A stretch of 64,000 nt of DNA from Fidelibacterota bacterium UBA2242 (lineage in GTDB: Bacteria > Fidelibacterota > UBA2242): the NCBI GenBank assembly GCA_002347855.1, contig DDYE01000017.1:271685-335684 (forward strand). Reading direction: 5' to 3'. Positions 50,230-60,444 of the stretch are shown one piece after another. A program made the translations under genes and the position numbers. The notes beneath the pieces are model-generated. The model ran no database searches. It saw only the letters and a program-made list of their open reading frames with translations, and was not told the origin of the DNA. The first letter of the stretch is position 1, and every line of letters begins with the position of its first letter.

Positions 50230-51228
50230 ATGGGTTTCAAATTCCCCAAAATAATTGTATTAATAAGTCTTGTCGGACTTTCTGATTGCAATTTTAATCT
50301 ACCAACTAATCATAGTAACGGCAATTTTGACCTCCAGACTCTACCTCAGGAAATGCTTTTATATATCCCAACTTATGATGGTTCTAATCAAGCTACTCAT
50401 CCCGATGTCCTTTTTTTCCCAGAAGGGAGGAACGGTATTTACTTTTATTTAGTCATGACACCTTACCCCTGGAGCAATAACCGCTATGAGAATCCAAGCC
50501 TGTTATTCAGTCGCAATGGAGTGAATTTTTACGAACCAGTAACAGGTCTAAACCCTTTGGTGCCCCAGCCAACTTATGACCATAACAATGATCCCGACCT
50601 TATTTTCAATCCGCTTACCGAGGCATTCAATATTTTTTATCTCGAAACAATGCGTCCCGATTCGCAAAACACGGTTCTATTAACCAGTCCCGATGGTATT
50701 AAATGGAGAAAAAAAACCGCTGTCCATTATGATTTGAAAGCTGGTGACCCTTTTATTTTGTCCCCTGCTGTAATATTTGTCGATAGTTGTTTCTATATGT
50801 TTTATGTAAAAGCCCAGAGCACAACTCAAACTGAAATCAATTATATTACCAGCCCTGACGGTGAAAAATGGGAAAAAGATAGTGTTAATAGGGTATCGAC
50901 CAATTTTTCCGCCCAATTTGCACCCTGGCATCTGGATGTTTTTCGGGATGAAAATTATTTCTATATGTTATGTTGTGGACCCTATAAAGATTTGAATCTC
51001 TATTTAGGACAGTCAACCGATTTACAGAATTGGAAATTTTTAGAAGAGCCAATTATCAGAAGGTCAAAGAATTTTTACGACAGTGAAAGAATATACCGCA
51101 GTTCTGGTATTGTCCAGGATAATCTTTTGGTGGTTTATTTTTCACTCCGTACAAATTTGGGACAATGGAGAATCGGTTTGAAGAAATTTTCTTTGATGGA
51201 ACTTTTTAAAAATGATTTGCACCAATAA
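50230..51228 (+). CDS. Secreted/lipoprotein BNR (Asp-box) repeat beta-propeller protein, putative glycosidase-like
   Basis: Signal peptide MGFKFPKIIVLISLVGLSDC; two Asp-box motifs, TSPDGIKW and TSPDGEKW. Confidence 0.4.
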   Translation: MGFKFPKIIVLISLVGLSDCNFNLPTNHSNGNFDLQTLPQEMLLYIPTYDGSNQATHPDVLFFPEGRNGIYFYLVMTPYPWSNNRYENPSLLFSRNGVNFYEPVTGLNPLVPQPTYDHNNDPDLIFNPLTEAFNIFYLETMRPDSQNTVLLTSPDGIKWRKKTAVHYDLKAGDPFILSPAVIFVDSCFYMFYVKAQSTTQTEINYITSPDGEKWEKDSVNRVSTNFSAQFAPWHLDVFRDENYFYMLCCGPYKDLNLYLGQSTDLQNWKFLEEPIIRRSKNFYDSERIYRSSGIVQDNLLVVYFSLRTNLGQWRIGLKKFSLMELFKNDLHQ

Positions 51229-51393
51229 AAAGACTTGCAGTATAATCATAAAGCTTGTATATTAAATTAGTATGTGGAAAGATAGAGGTAAATAAAACGC
51301 ATTGATAGCCGTCATATCTATCTGAATTCACTTTACTGACATTACTTCCCAGATAACTAAAGCAGAGTGAATAACTAACAAGATCGCATAATC

Positions 51394-53979
51394 TTGGCAA
51401 AAAGTGTCATTTTAGCTGGAGGAATTATTGTGCTTAGTTGGCTGATTATGATTTTATTGATTACCTTTTTAGCGGCACTCTTTTTCACCCGAGTTGCCCG
51501 CTCGATTGCGCTCAAATATCACATCGGTGATATGCCCAATGCCCGCAAAGTGCATAAAACCTTTATGCCCTATCTAGGAGGAGCAGCCATACTCCTGGCG
51601 ATAATTCTCGGGACGATTTTGTCGGTATATATCTTACCTGACGTTGCTGGTCCTGTGCCAAGGCGTTACTATTTCTTAGGAATAACTGCGGTAGCTATTG
51701 CCTTGGTTGGGCTTTATGATGATTTAAAAAAATTACGCTTCACGACAAAATTTTACTGCCAGTTTATCGCTGCCATGGTAGTGATCGCGGGTGGTTTGCG
51801 CTTTACCTCTATTTATATTCCGTATATCGGTGATATTTACCTGGGGTGGAGCGGGTACATATTTACCCTGCTTTGGATAATATTTATTACCAATGCCATG
51901 AATTTATTGGATGGCTTGGACGGCTTGGCAGCTGGTGTCTCATCGATTATTTTTCTGACTTTTGCTATCATTGCGTTGCATAGTGGGCGAACACTGGTAG
52001 CGCTTGTCAATTTATTACTGATTGCTGCTAACTTAGGATTTTTGAAATATAACTACCATCCGGCTACTATTTTTATGGGAGACACGGGTTCCCTCTTCCT
52101 GGGATTTGCCACGGCGATTATTTCGCTGGAAATAGGACGCATTGGAGAAAGTGACCATCTGAATGTCATTCTTCCTTTGACTGTGATGGCGATGCCAGTA
52201 TTAGATACAACTATTGCTTTTTTCAGACGAGCCAGTAAACGCATGCATCCTTTTAAAGCCGATAAAGAGCATATTCATCATCGTCTAATGTCGATAGGAT
52301 TTTCGCATAAAAATGCTGTCAAGGTCATCTATTTTATTAGTGCCTGTACTGGTCTGATGGGACTTTCTTTCATCTTTTTGGACCGAAAGGGAATCATCAC
52401 TGCACTTTTCTGCGGATTGGTCTTCACGATGATACTAATACGTCGGCTGGGATATTTTGAAATTGAGAAGAATTTAATTGTCGTGCCCAATAGCAATGGT
52501 AATGGGAACAGTTCCACTAATGGATTATTAAATGGCAATGGTCACAAAGAGCAAAAATTTATTCCTTTCGATACTTCGCAATTTGTTCAGGCGGCGCTCT
52601 TTTTCTTGAGCGATGCAATCTTCTGTTGTTTAACCTTTCTACTGGTCTATTTCTATGAAATCAAGGTAATGCTGCCCTCTAACAGTGCTCTTGCGCCTTA
52701 TGATTTAAGCTTATGGATGGTTTGGTCGGTTTTGTACTGGAGCATTTTGCTTGGTTTAAATAATCTCTATCATATTGAATGGGACACCTCGCGCATTGAT
52801 GAAATCTTCTCAGTTTTTAAAATAGTCTTTTTCGGTACGGTAGTCCTCTTTTTCCTGAGTTTTGAAATAAAAATTCCCTTTCTCGTCTCTCGCCGCGTAT
52901 TTCTGCCTTATGGTATTCTATTAACGATTGGTCTCGGCCTCGGACGTATCCTGCTGATTTCCTTTTTAAAATCCAGAGAGATTTTAGAGTTCAAGAAAAG
53001 ACCGACTATTATTATTGGACTCTCCAATTCTGCTATGAATGTCGTTAAAAAAATCAACAATATGCCCGTTCTCAAATTTCAATTGGTTGGTTTTATTGAT
53101 GATAAAAACAATGGCAATGTCGGGCAGGTAATTCAAAATCTTCCCGTATTGGGCAATTACGCCGATATTCCGCAAGTGATTAAAAAATACAAAATCAAGG
53201 AAGTCATAATTGCTATTGATGACAACGACATCAATAAAGTCATGGATTTGATTGCCTGGTTCTGTCAATACAATGTTTCGATTAAATTAGTGCCAGATTT
53301 TTACAACCTGCTGACTGGTTTTAAAACTGCTCATATTTATGGTATTTCGCTGATAAAATTTTTTGACTCCAATATGAAAACCTGGGAATGGGTGCTCAAG
53401 CGTCTAATCGACATCATCATTTCCCTCATTGTGTTAATCGTATTTGCACCGTTCTGGCTGATTATCAGCATCATTATCAAACTGGATTCGCCTGGACCCG
53501 TCTTTTATCGTCAGAAACGGGTAGGCAAGAATCGTCAGGAATATGAATTAATCAAATTTCGCTCCATGGTTCAAAATGCTGAGGAATTGACCGGACCAAA
53601 ATGGGCGGAGAAAGATGATCCGCGGGTGACCCGTTTTGGGCGCTTTTTGCGTAAATATGGCTTGGATGAAATTCCGCAATTTTTCAATGTTCTGATTGGT
53701 GATATGAGCATTGTTGGTCCTCGTCCAGAGCGTCCCTTTTTCGTCAATGAGCTGGAGCATTCGATTCAATTTTATTCACGCCGCTTGATTGTCAAGCCTG
53801 GTATTACGGGTTGGGCTCAGATTAAATATAAGTACGATGAGACCATCGAAGATGTGCGTGAGAAATTACGCTATGATTTATATTATATTGAGAATATGTC
53901 GGTGCTGCTCGATTTAAAAATAATTGTTCGAACTCTATTGGTCGGTCTGCGCAAAAAGCATCATATTGCTTACGTCTAA
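51394..53979 (+). CDS. Fusion protein: N-terminal WecA/MraY-type polyprenyl-phosphate N-acetylhexosamine-1-P transferase + linker + full-length WbaP-type polyprenyl glycosylphosphotransferase
   Basis: Residues about 1-360: [24 protein letters not shown] and [12 protein letters not shown] (PNPT/MraY-WecA signature). Asn/Gly-rich linker [17 protein letters not shown]. Residues about 400-861: four TM, a CoA-binding-like domain, then [15 protein letters not shown]...FKFRSM...[10 protein letters not shown]...[10 protein letters not shown] (bacterial sugar transferase). Probable start GTG about 51430 after GGAGGA. Confidence 0.7.
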   Translation: MAKSVILAGGIIVLSWLIMILLITFLAALFFTRVARSIALKYHIGDMPNARKVHKTFMPYLGGAAILLAIILGTILSVYILPDVAGPVPRRYYFLGITAVAIALVGLYDDLKKLRFTTKFYCQFIAAMVVIAGGLRFTSIYIPYIGDIYLGWSGYIFTLLWIIFITNAMNLLDGLDGLAAGVSSIIFLTFAIIALHSGRTLVALVNLLLIAANLGFLKYNYHPATIFMGDTGSLFLGFATAIISLEIGRIGESDHLNVILPLTVMAMPVLDTTIAFFRRASKRMHPFKADKEHIHHRLMSIGFSHKNAVKVIYFISACTGLMGLSFIFLDRKGIITALFCGLVFTMILIRRLGYFEIEKNLIVVPNSNGNGNSSTNGLLNGNGHKEQKFIPFDTSQFVQAALFFLSDAIFCCLTFLLVYFYEIKVMLPSNSALAPYDLSLWMVWSVLYWSILLGLNNLYHIEWDTSRIDEIFSVFKIVFFGTVVLFFLSFEIKIPFLVSRRVFLPYGILLTIGLGLGRILLISFLKSREILEFKKRPTIIIGLSNSAMNVVKKINNMPVLKFQLVGFIDDKNNGNVGQVIQNLPVLGNYADIPQVIKKYKIKEVIIAIDDNDINKVMDLIAWFCQYNVSIKLVPDFYNLLTGFKTAHIYGISLIKFFDSNMKTWEWVLKRLIDIIISLIVLIVFAPFWLIISIIIKLDSPGPVFYRQKRVGKNRQEYELIKFRSMVQNAEELTGPKWAEKDDPRVTRFGRFLRKYGLDEIPQFFNVLIGDMSIVGPRPERPFFVNELEHSIQFYSRRLIVKPGITGWAQIKYKYDETIEDVREKLRYDLYYIENMSVLLDLKIIVRTLLVGLRKKHHIAYV

Positions 53980-54102
53980 TATTCTCTAAGGGTTTCGCAT
54001 AAAAATTCCTCACGTGATGGTAAAATTTTTCGGAAGGCTATTTATTATCCTATTTTGATTCCGAAAAAATTTTTATTTTATGCCGTCAATCTTGGAGAAT
54101 TC

Positions 54103-55380
54103 ATGTTAGACTTGAAAGCTATACGTTCTGAACCTGAAAAATTCCTGCGGTTATTAGAAGCCAAAGGCGCTGCTGAGAACTTGAACCGGCTCCTCGACCT
54201 GGATTACCAGCGGCGTCAGTTAGTGACAAAAACCGATGAGTTAAAAAGTCTGCGCAATCGCGTAAGCGACGAGATAGCCCGGTTAAAAAGAGCGGGAGCA
54301 GCAGCTGAAGATAAAATTAAAGAAATGAAATCCGTCAGCCTGCAGATAAAAGAGCAGGATGAGCAAATCCGCTCACTTGAAGAGCAAATTCACCAGATAT
54401 TAATCACACTCCCCAATATACCCCACGCTTCTGTTAAAATAGGACGAAGCGCGGCTGACAACGAGGTGGTAAAAATCTGGGGAGAGGTGCCGACTTACGA
54501 TTTTCCACTTAAAGATCATCTCGATTTAGCGGAGAATCTTGGTATTATTGATTTCAAGCGGGCGGCGAAAATTTCGGGAACTGGTTTCCCGCTTTATGTC
54601 GGAGACGGGGCAGTTTTGGAGCGGGCGCTAGTAAATTTCATGCTGGATTTTCATCGTAAAAAACACGGCTACCGTGAAGTTTTTCCACCATTTCTGGTCA
54701 ATCGTGATTCTGCCTTCAGTACCGGTCAATTGCCTAAACTCGAAGAAGATATGTACTTGACCAGTGAAGATGACTTATTCTTAATTCCAACTGCCGAGGT
54801 TCCGGTCACCAATATTCATCGCGACGAAATCATACCTGAAAACAAGTTGCCAATCAAATATGTCGCCTATTCCGGCTGTTTCCGTCGGGAAGCTGGTTCT
54901 TATGGCAAAGAGACGCGCGGTCTTTCTCGGGTGCATCAATTTAATAAAGTCGAATTGGTCTGGTTCACGATCCCGGAAACATCCTATGACGTTCATGAGA
55001 AGTTACTGCAAGATGCTGAGGAAATTTTACAAGCATTAAATTTACACTATCGAGTTGTCTCACTGTGCTCGGGTGATTTGAGTTTTGCGGCAGCAAAATG
55101 CTATGATATTGAAGTCTGGGCGCCTGGGACAGGTAAATATTTTGAGGTTTCAAGCGTTAGTAACTTTGAGGATTTTCAGGCTCGACGGGCAAATATTCGT
55201 TACCGCCGCTCGGGCGATAATAGAGTTGGTTATGTGCATACCCTGAATGGTTCCGGAGTAGCAACACCCCGACTGATGATTGCCCTTTTGGAGACCTATC
55301 AGACTGACGAGGGAACAATCGTAGTTCCGGAAGCTCTGCAACCTTATACTGGTTTTAGTTTGATTAAAACTACGGTTTGA
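54103..55380 (+). CDS. serS: Seryl-tRNA synthetase
   Basis: MLDLKAIRSEPE... N-terminal coiled coil; class II motifs FRRE and GSG-TPR. The tool ORF starts at TTG 54055, but ATG 54103 has a GGAG RBS. Confidence 0.9.
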   Translation: MLDLKAIRSEPEKFLRLLEAKGAAENLNRLLDLDYQRRQLVTKTDELKSLRNRVSDEIARLKRAGAAAEDKIKEMKSVSLQIKEQDEQIRSLEEQIHQILITLPNIPHASVKIGRSAADNEVVKIWGEVPTYDFPLKDHLDLAENLGIIDFKRAAKISGTGFPLYVGDGAVLERALVNFMLDFHRKKHGYREVFPPFLVNRDSAFSTGQLPKLEEDMYLTSEDDLFLIPTAEVPVTNIHRDEIIPENKLPIKYVAYSGCFRREAGSYGKETRGLSRVHQFNKVELVWFTIPETSYDVHEKLLQDAEEILQALNLHYRVVSLCSGDLSFAAAKCYDIEVWAPGTGKYFEVSSVSNFEDFQARRANIRYRRSGDNRVGYVHTLNGSGVATPRLMIALLETYQTDEGTIVVPEALQPYTGFSLIKTTV

Positions 55381-56039
55381 TGTCAATTCGCAATCAAAGG
55401 CAAATTCTTTGTGAGTATGGACATAAGATCTATGCTCATGGTTTTGTAGCGGCTAACGATGGTAACCTGAGTGTGCGACTTGACGACAAACGTATTTTGA
55501 TAACGCCGACCCTGCTCTCAAAGAGTGATTTACGACCGCGTGATTTGATCGTACTTGATTACGAAGGTAAGATAATTCGAGGCAAGGCACCCTCTTCCGA
55601 ATATCGTTTGCATCTGGCTATTTATCGTCAGCGTTCGGATGTTGGAGCGATAATTCATACTCATCCACCTTATGCAACAGCTTTTGCGGTCAGTGGAATG
55701 GAATTGCGAGAGTTATTTTTGCCGGAGATGATAGTGACGATTGGCAAGATTCCCCTGGTACCGTATGCGCCACCTTCCAGCCAGCAATTGGCGGATGCTG
55801 CCGCGCAATATATGATAGATTACGATGTCGTTCTGCTCCAGAACCATGGTTTGGTCGCAGTTGGCTCTAATCTTTCGGAAGCTTATGCTCGTACCGAGAG
55901 AAGTGAGCATTGCTTACAGATTTACTTTATAGCGCGAATAATGGGAAATATAAGGCAACTGACTGATGACGAGGTTGAGGAACTCTTAAATTTATATTCC
56001 GTTAATCCTCGGATTAGAAATCTTATACAGAAGAGGTAA
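55377..56039 (+). CDS. Class II aldolase/adducin-domain protein (fuculose-phosphate aldolase / ribulose-5-P 4-epimerase-like)
   Basis: ANDGNLSVR and IIHTHPPYATAF (metal-binding His) motifs. Confidence 0.7.
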   Translation: MMSIRNQRQILCEYGHKIYAHGFVAANDGNLSVRLDDKRILITPTLLSKSDLRPRDLIVLDYEGKIIRGKAPSSEYRLHLAIYRQRSDVGAIIHTHPPYATAFAVSGMELRELFLPEMIVTIGKIPLVPYAPPSSQQLADAAAQYMIDYDVVLLQNHGLVAVGSNLSEAYARTERSEHCLQIYFIARIMGNIRQLTDDEVEELLNLYSVNPRIRNLIQKR

Positions 56040-56041
56040 GC

Positions 56042-56752
56042 ATGATTCGTAAATCCTGGGCTGTACTTGCTCTGGGCTCAACTGTGGCGCTTTATGGTGG
56101 AGTTAGTATTGCCTATCCTCCCGCTTATGACTATTTAGCACCGCGCTGGGCACGCCTATTATTAAAAATCTTACGAATTAAACTGCATATCCATGGACTT
56201 GAGTATCTCAAAGGTAATACGCCGGCTATTTTTGTGATGAATCACGAAAGTGCGCTTGATCCAGTTGCCGTTATGGCAGCACTGCCCGTCAGACATCGCT
56301 CCCTGGCAAAAAAGGAACTGTTCAATTTGCCAATCTTAGGATGGATAATGACTCTCGTGCGTCATATTCCAGTTGATCGCCAGAATCCGCGCCGGGCGGT
56401 AGATGTCATTAATCGGATAACTCACGAGGTCATTCAACGAAAAATAAGTTTGGTAGTAAGTCCAGAAGGTACACGCAGCCGTGATGGTCAGCTGGGACAG
56501 TTTAAAAAGGGTGCTTTTCGTCTGGCAGAACGCTATAATTTGCCCTTAATTCCGATTACAATTTTGGGCGCCGGTGAGTGTCTCCCAACCAAAACTCTGG
56601 AATTAAGACCGGGAATTATCGAGGTTTATCTCGGACAACCGATACATTTAAGTGACTTTCCCAGTATGACCGATTGTATCGAGTATATTCGTCAAAAAAT
56701 GATTGCCGCTAAGGCACATCATCTTGCAAGAAAGGGCGAGAAGGATGTTTAA
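56042..56752 (+). CDS. plsC: 1-acyl-sn-glycerol-3-phosphate acyltransferase
   Basis: FVMNHESALD (HX4D) and VSPEGTRS motifs. Confidence 0.7.
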   Translation: MIRKSWAVLALGSTVALYGGVSIAYPPAYDYLAPRWARLLLKILRIKLHIHGLEYLKGNTPAIFVMNHESALDPVAVMAALPVRHRSLAKKELFNLPILGWIMTLVRHIPVDRQNPRRAVDVINRITHEVIQRKISLVVSPEGTRSRDGQLGQFKKGAFRLAERYNLPLIPITILGAGECLPTKTLELRPGIIEVYLGQPIHLSDFPSMTDCIEYIRQKMIAAKAHHLARKGEKDV

Positions 56753-58097
56753 TTGCTATCTCTATCGGCTGGAAGAACCGGCTCCCCGCTTGAGACGTCC
56801 CGAGAAATTGCTCTATCTAAACTGGCTAAATCAAAATTTTCCGCAGAATAATCTAAAAACGACTAAAGGAATAGCCTTGAGCATTATCGCTCCCGGCAAG
56901 CGCAATGAACTCGAAGGTCCCGATTTTAAAGATGCTATGATTCTTTTGGGGGGTGAGATTTGCAAAGGTGATATTGAGATTCACTGGAAAAGCTCGGATT
57001 GGTACGCTCACGGTCACAGTCAGGATGACCTTTATAATAATGTAATTCTGCATGTCGTTGCTAACCATGATACTTCAGACATCAGGACGAAGAGTGGTAA
57101 AATATTGCCCACTTTTATCCTAACCCAGCTGGTCGAAATCCCGAGAAGCGAGCCACCCTGTCTAACCTGGCAAAATATTGCCGAGACAGAGGTCCACAAC
57201 GTCATCCAGAATTTGAATCGCCTACGCTGGCAACGCAAAAGTCAGAACTGGCAAAATGCCATCGAATGTAACGGCGCGGAAGAGGCTTTCTATCAAGGTT
57301 GGGTGGATGTCCTGGGTTATAGTCAAAATCGGCAAGCTTTTCGGCAATTCGCGCGGATTCTTCCCCTTGAAAAAATCTATTACCTGCTTGGAAGCACCAA
57401 CCGTGACCCTATCCCGCTGCTGGAAGCCGTTTTTTTTGGAACAGCCGGTTTCCTTGATGATAAACTGCCACCTAATCTCAACTGCGATTCGCTATATTTT
57501 CAAACCCTCACTAAGGATTGGCATCACTTTCAATCAGAATATGGATTACGATGCGCCCAGGATTTACCCTGGCATTTTGCCGGAACACGCCCGGCTAATT
57601 ATCCGCACAAACGCCTGGCAGCCTTAGCCCAATGCCTTGTCAAACTATTTCCAGCTTATCCCGGTCAGACGTTCATCAGCCAGATTAAAATGGCGCCAAA
57701 TTATCAACGCTTTTATGAGTGGACGGTCGATTTATTACAGCAACCGGAAGGGTTATGGAAGAATCATCCTCTATTTATTCACCAGCGCAGTCAGGTTCTG
57801 ATGGGTACGGAGAGATTGAACGATTTCTTGACAAACCTCGTTTTACCATATTGCCGAGCTATCGCCATTCTGGAAAAAGATTCCGCCCTCATGGAAAAGG
57901 CAGTCCTCTTTTCAGAACAGGTGGCGCTGGGAGAGTTACCGCAGACAATTCGCACTTTTTACACTCGACTGAAGATAGATCTGGCTTCTACTAAATGCAA
58001 CTGGATGGTTCAGGGTGCAATTGAATTCAATCAACGTTTCTGTGAATTAAATTTATGCAATTTATGTCCATTGGAAGCTTATGTTACCCACCAATAA
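56745..58097 (+). CDS. DUF2851-family protein of unknown function
   Basis: 451 aa starting MFNCYLYRLEEP; no catalytic motif recognised. Confidence 0.45.
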   Translation: MFNCYLYRLEEPAPRLRRPEKLLYLNWLNQNFPQNNLKTTKGIALSIIAPGKRNELEGPDFKDAMILLGGEICKGDIEIHWKSSDWYAHGHSQDDLYNNVILHVVANHDTSDIRTKSGKILPTFILTQLVEIPRSEPPCLTWQNIAETEVHNVIQNLNRLRWQRKSQNWQNAIECNGAEEAFYQGWVDVLGYSQNRQAFRQFARILPLEKIYYLLGSTNRDPIPLLEAVFFGTAGFLDDKLPPNLNCDSLYFQTLTKDWHHFQSEYGLRCAQDLPWHFAGTRPANYPHKRLAALAQCLVKLFPAYPGQTFISQIKMAPNYQRFYEWTVDLLQQPEGLWKNHPLFIHQRSQVLMGTERLNDFLTNLVLPYCRAIAILEKDSALMEKAVLFSEQVALGELPQTIRTFYTRLKIDLASTKCNWMVQGAIEFNQRFCELNLCNLCPLEAYVTHQ

Positions 58098-58563
58098 AAT
58101 AATTTCAAGAGAAGAAGCCCACCAGATTGCTGAACAGCTACATGAGGCAAAGCAGCCTATCGTATTTACTAATGGCTGCTTTGATTTATTACATCGTGGT
58201 CATATCGAATTGTTGCACTTTGCCAAAGAGCAGGGCAAGGTCTTATTCGTCGGGCTCAACTCAGATTCTTCGGTGCAGCGCTTAAAAGGCACCAGGCGTC
58301 CGATCAATTCTCAAGACGATCGTGCAGCAATTTTAGCAGCTATAGAATATGTTGACTATGTCGTCATTTTTTATGAAGATACACCTTTTGAACTAATTGC
58401 CGTTATCCAGCCTGATGTTTTAGTTAAAGGTGGTGATTATGAGCCGCATGAGATTGTAGGGCGCGATATAGTCGAAGGTCGTGGCGGTAAAGTCTTAGTT
58501 TTTCCCTTAATAAATGGTTTCTCTTCCACCCAGCTTTTAAAAAAATTAATGAATAATTTCTAA
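58081..58563 (+). CDS. D-glycero-beta-D-manno-heptose 1-phosphate adenylyltransferase (stand-alone RfaE/HldE domain II)
   Basis: VFTNGCFDLLHRGHIELL, cytidylyltransferase-like HxGH; 160 aa. Confidence 0.75.
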   Translation: MLPTNKIISREEAHQIAEQLHEAKQPIVFTNGCFDLLHRGHIELLHFAKEQGKVLFVGLNSDSSVQRLKGTRRPINSQDDRAAILAAIEYVDYVVIFYEDTPFELIAVIQPDVLVKGGDYEPHEIVGRDIVEGRGGKVLVFPLINGFSSTQLLKKLMNNF

Positions 58564-58629
58564 AAACGCCTTGATTTTGTCGTCCAGAAAAGCTAATTTT
58601 AAAGACGAAAACCTTAGATTAGGAGTAGC

Positions 58630-60444
58630 ATGAAAATCTTGAAAATGACAAAATATCCTGCCATCTTTTGTTGCCTGATAATGATTGCAAATTATTCCTA
58701 CAGCCAGGTAAAGCCTACCTTAGATCTATCACCTCGAACAGCGCTTGCTAATGACAACAAAGAAGAAAATGGTAATGGCAATCAAGATATTTTTGATTTA
58801 CTCATCAGTGAAGCCAAAACTTTTTACGTGGATGCACTAATTTCTGCCTATTTTAAAGATACTTCCGAAGCAAAGTATTGCTTCGATCGCGTTTTTGAAA
58901 TTATTGCCGAAATTAGTGATTTAGATACATTGACATTGTTACAGCAGGATGATTTTAATCGCTTTTACGAAAAAGTCTCCAGCGATTTTCAGCAAAATTA
59001 CGCTTATTTGAATAGCGATTCGGGCACCTACGGCGCGGAACTGCTGCGGGAAGAGATTTTCGAGACGGTAATTGATTCCGTGGAAATTGGTAATGATACT
59101 TTGATTGTCTTAGATGACCGACCAGGGCATATCCCCCTGGTGCGCTCCCGCAAAATCGACCGTATTACCGATTTCATCTGCGGACGCGAATCGTGGCGTT
59201 TTCAGCAATACTTAGATAATAGCGGTTATTATCGGGATCATATTATGCCGATATTGGCACAGTACGGTTTGCCGGAGGAATTGTTTTACCTGCCGCTTAT
59301 TGAGAGCGGCTTTAATCCTAATGCCTATTCTTACGCCCATGCCGCCGGAATGTGGCAATTTATTGCGGGCACTGGAGCGCGTTATGGGTTAAAGCGTAAC
59401 TGGTGGATTGATGAAAGACGTGATCCTATCAAATCTACCCATGCGGCTGCCAAATATTTGAAAAAATTATACGAAGAATTCAATGACTGGTTTTTAGCTC
59501 TGGCGGCTTACAATGCAGGCGAACTTAGAATCTGGCGAGCAATTAAGCGCGAAGGAACACGGGATTACTGGAAATTGAAATCCTTGCCGCAACAAACGCG
59601 TGATTATGTTCCGACTTTCATGGCGAGTATGCTGGTTGCCAAAAATCCAGAAAAATATGGTTTTACTAATTCACCCAAAGATAAATGGGAGTGGGACGAG
59701 GTACCGGTTAGCAGTTCTTATGAATTTGACGCTATTGCCCGTGCCTGTGGGGTCAGCGTCGAGGAAATCCGACGCCTCAATCCGGAGCTACGCCGCTGGG
59801 TCACACCTCCCAATGAACCAAACTATATTCTGCGCGTCCCGGTCGGTAAGGGCGATAGCCTGATCGCAAAATTAAAGCAGCTTCCGCCTGCCATTGCGGA
59901 AAAGAGAACGGAATGGCTGACCCATAAGGTAAAAAAAGGGCAAACCCTTCACAGTATCTCCAATAAATATGGGGTCACTATATCGGCAATTGTAGCTGCC
60001 AATCACATTAAACGTCCCAGTCAGTTGCGAGTTGGTCAGATGCTTGTTATCCCCACCGATCGCTATTATGCTGCTCCCCGTACGAGTAGCGAAGATGTCG
60101 TTTTTACTCATACTGTCCAAAAGGGAGAATCACTCAGCTTAATTGCCAAAAAATATAATACCAGTGTTACCAAGATTCGTTCTCTCAACAATTTACAAGA
60201 TGATATTATCCAACCAGGGACTATCTTAAAAGTCAGGGGGACGAAGGCAGCCATCGAAGCCACTGCCTCGACCTCAAACGAGACGAAAAAAATAATCCAC
60301 ATTGTAGCAAAGGGGGAGACGCTTGGGGAGATTGCTGCTAAATACAATGTCAGTGTTAGTAATATACGGGCCTGGAATAATTTAGAAGGGCATATTATCT
60401 ACCCGAAACAAAAAATTATCATCTATCGTCCTGAATCTAGCTAA
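58630..60444 (+). CDS. Membrane-bound lytic murein transglycosylase (MltD-like) with C-terminal LysM repeats
   Basis: SLT motif LPLIESGFNPNAYSYAHAAGMWQF...AYNAG. Three or four LysM units (HKVKKGQTLHSISNKYGV; HTVQKGESLSLIAKKY; HIVAKGETLGEIAAKY). Confidence 0.8.
   Translation: MKILKMTKYPAIFCCLIMIANYSYSQVKPTLDLSPRTALANDNKEENGNGNQDIFDLLISEAKTFYVDALISAYFKDTSEAKYCFDRVFEIIAEISDLDTLTLLQQDDFNRFYEKVSSDFQQNYAYLNSDSGTYGAELLREEIFETVIDSVEIGNDTLIVLDDRPGHIPLVRSRKIDRITDFICGRESWRFQQYLDNSGYYRDHIMPILAQYGLPEELFYLPLIESGFNPNAYSYAHAAGMWQFIAGTGARYGLKRNWWIDERRDPIKSTHAAAKYLKKLYEEFNDWFLALAAYNAGELRIWRAIKREGTRDYWKLKSLPQQTRDYVPTFMASMLVAKNPEKYGFTNSPKDKWEWDEVPVSSSYEFDAIARACGVSVEEIRRLNPELRRWVTPPNEPNYILRVPVGKGDSLIAKLKQLPPAIAEKRTEWLTHKVKKGQTLHSISNKYGVTISAIVAANHIKRPSQLRVGQMLVIPTDRYYAAPRTSSEDVVFTHTVQKGESLSLIAKKYNTSVTKIRSLNNLQDDIIQPGTILKVRGTKAAIEATASTSNETKKIIHIVAKGETLGEIAAKYNVSVSNIRAWNNLEGHIIYPKQKIIIYRPESS

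Noticed and set aside
53980-54102. Possible T-box or leader upstream of serS
   Set aside because: No specifier-loop or T-box (AGGGUGGNACCGCG) motif; short AT-rich region only.
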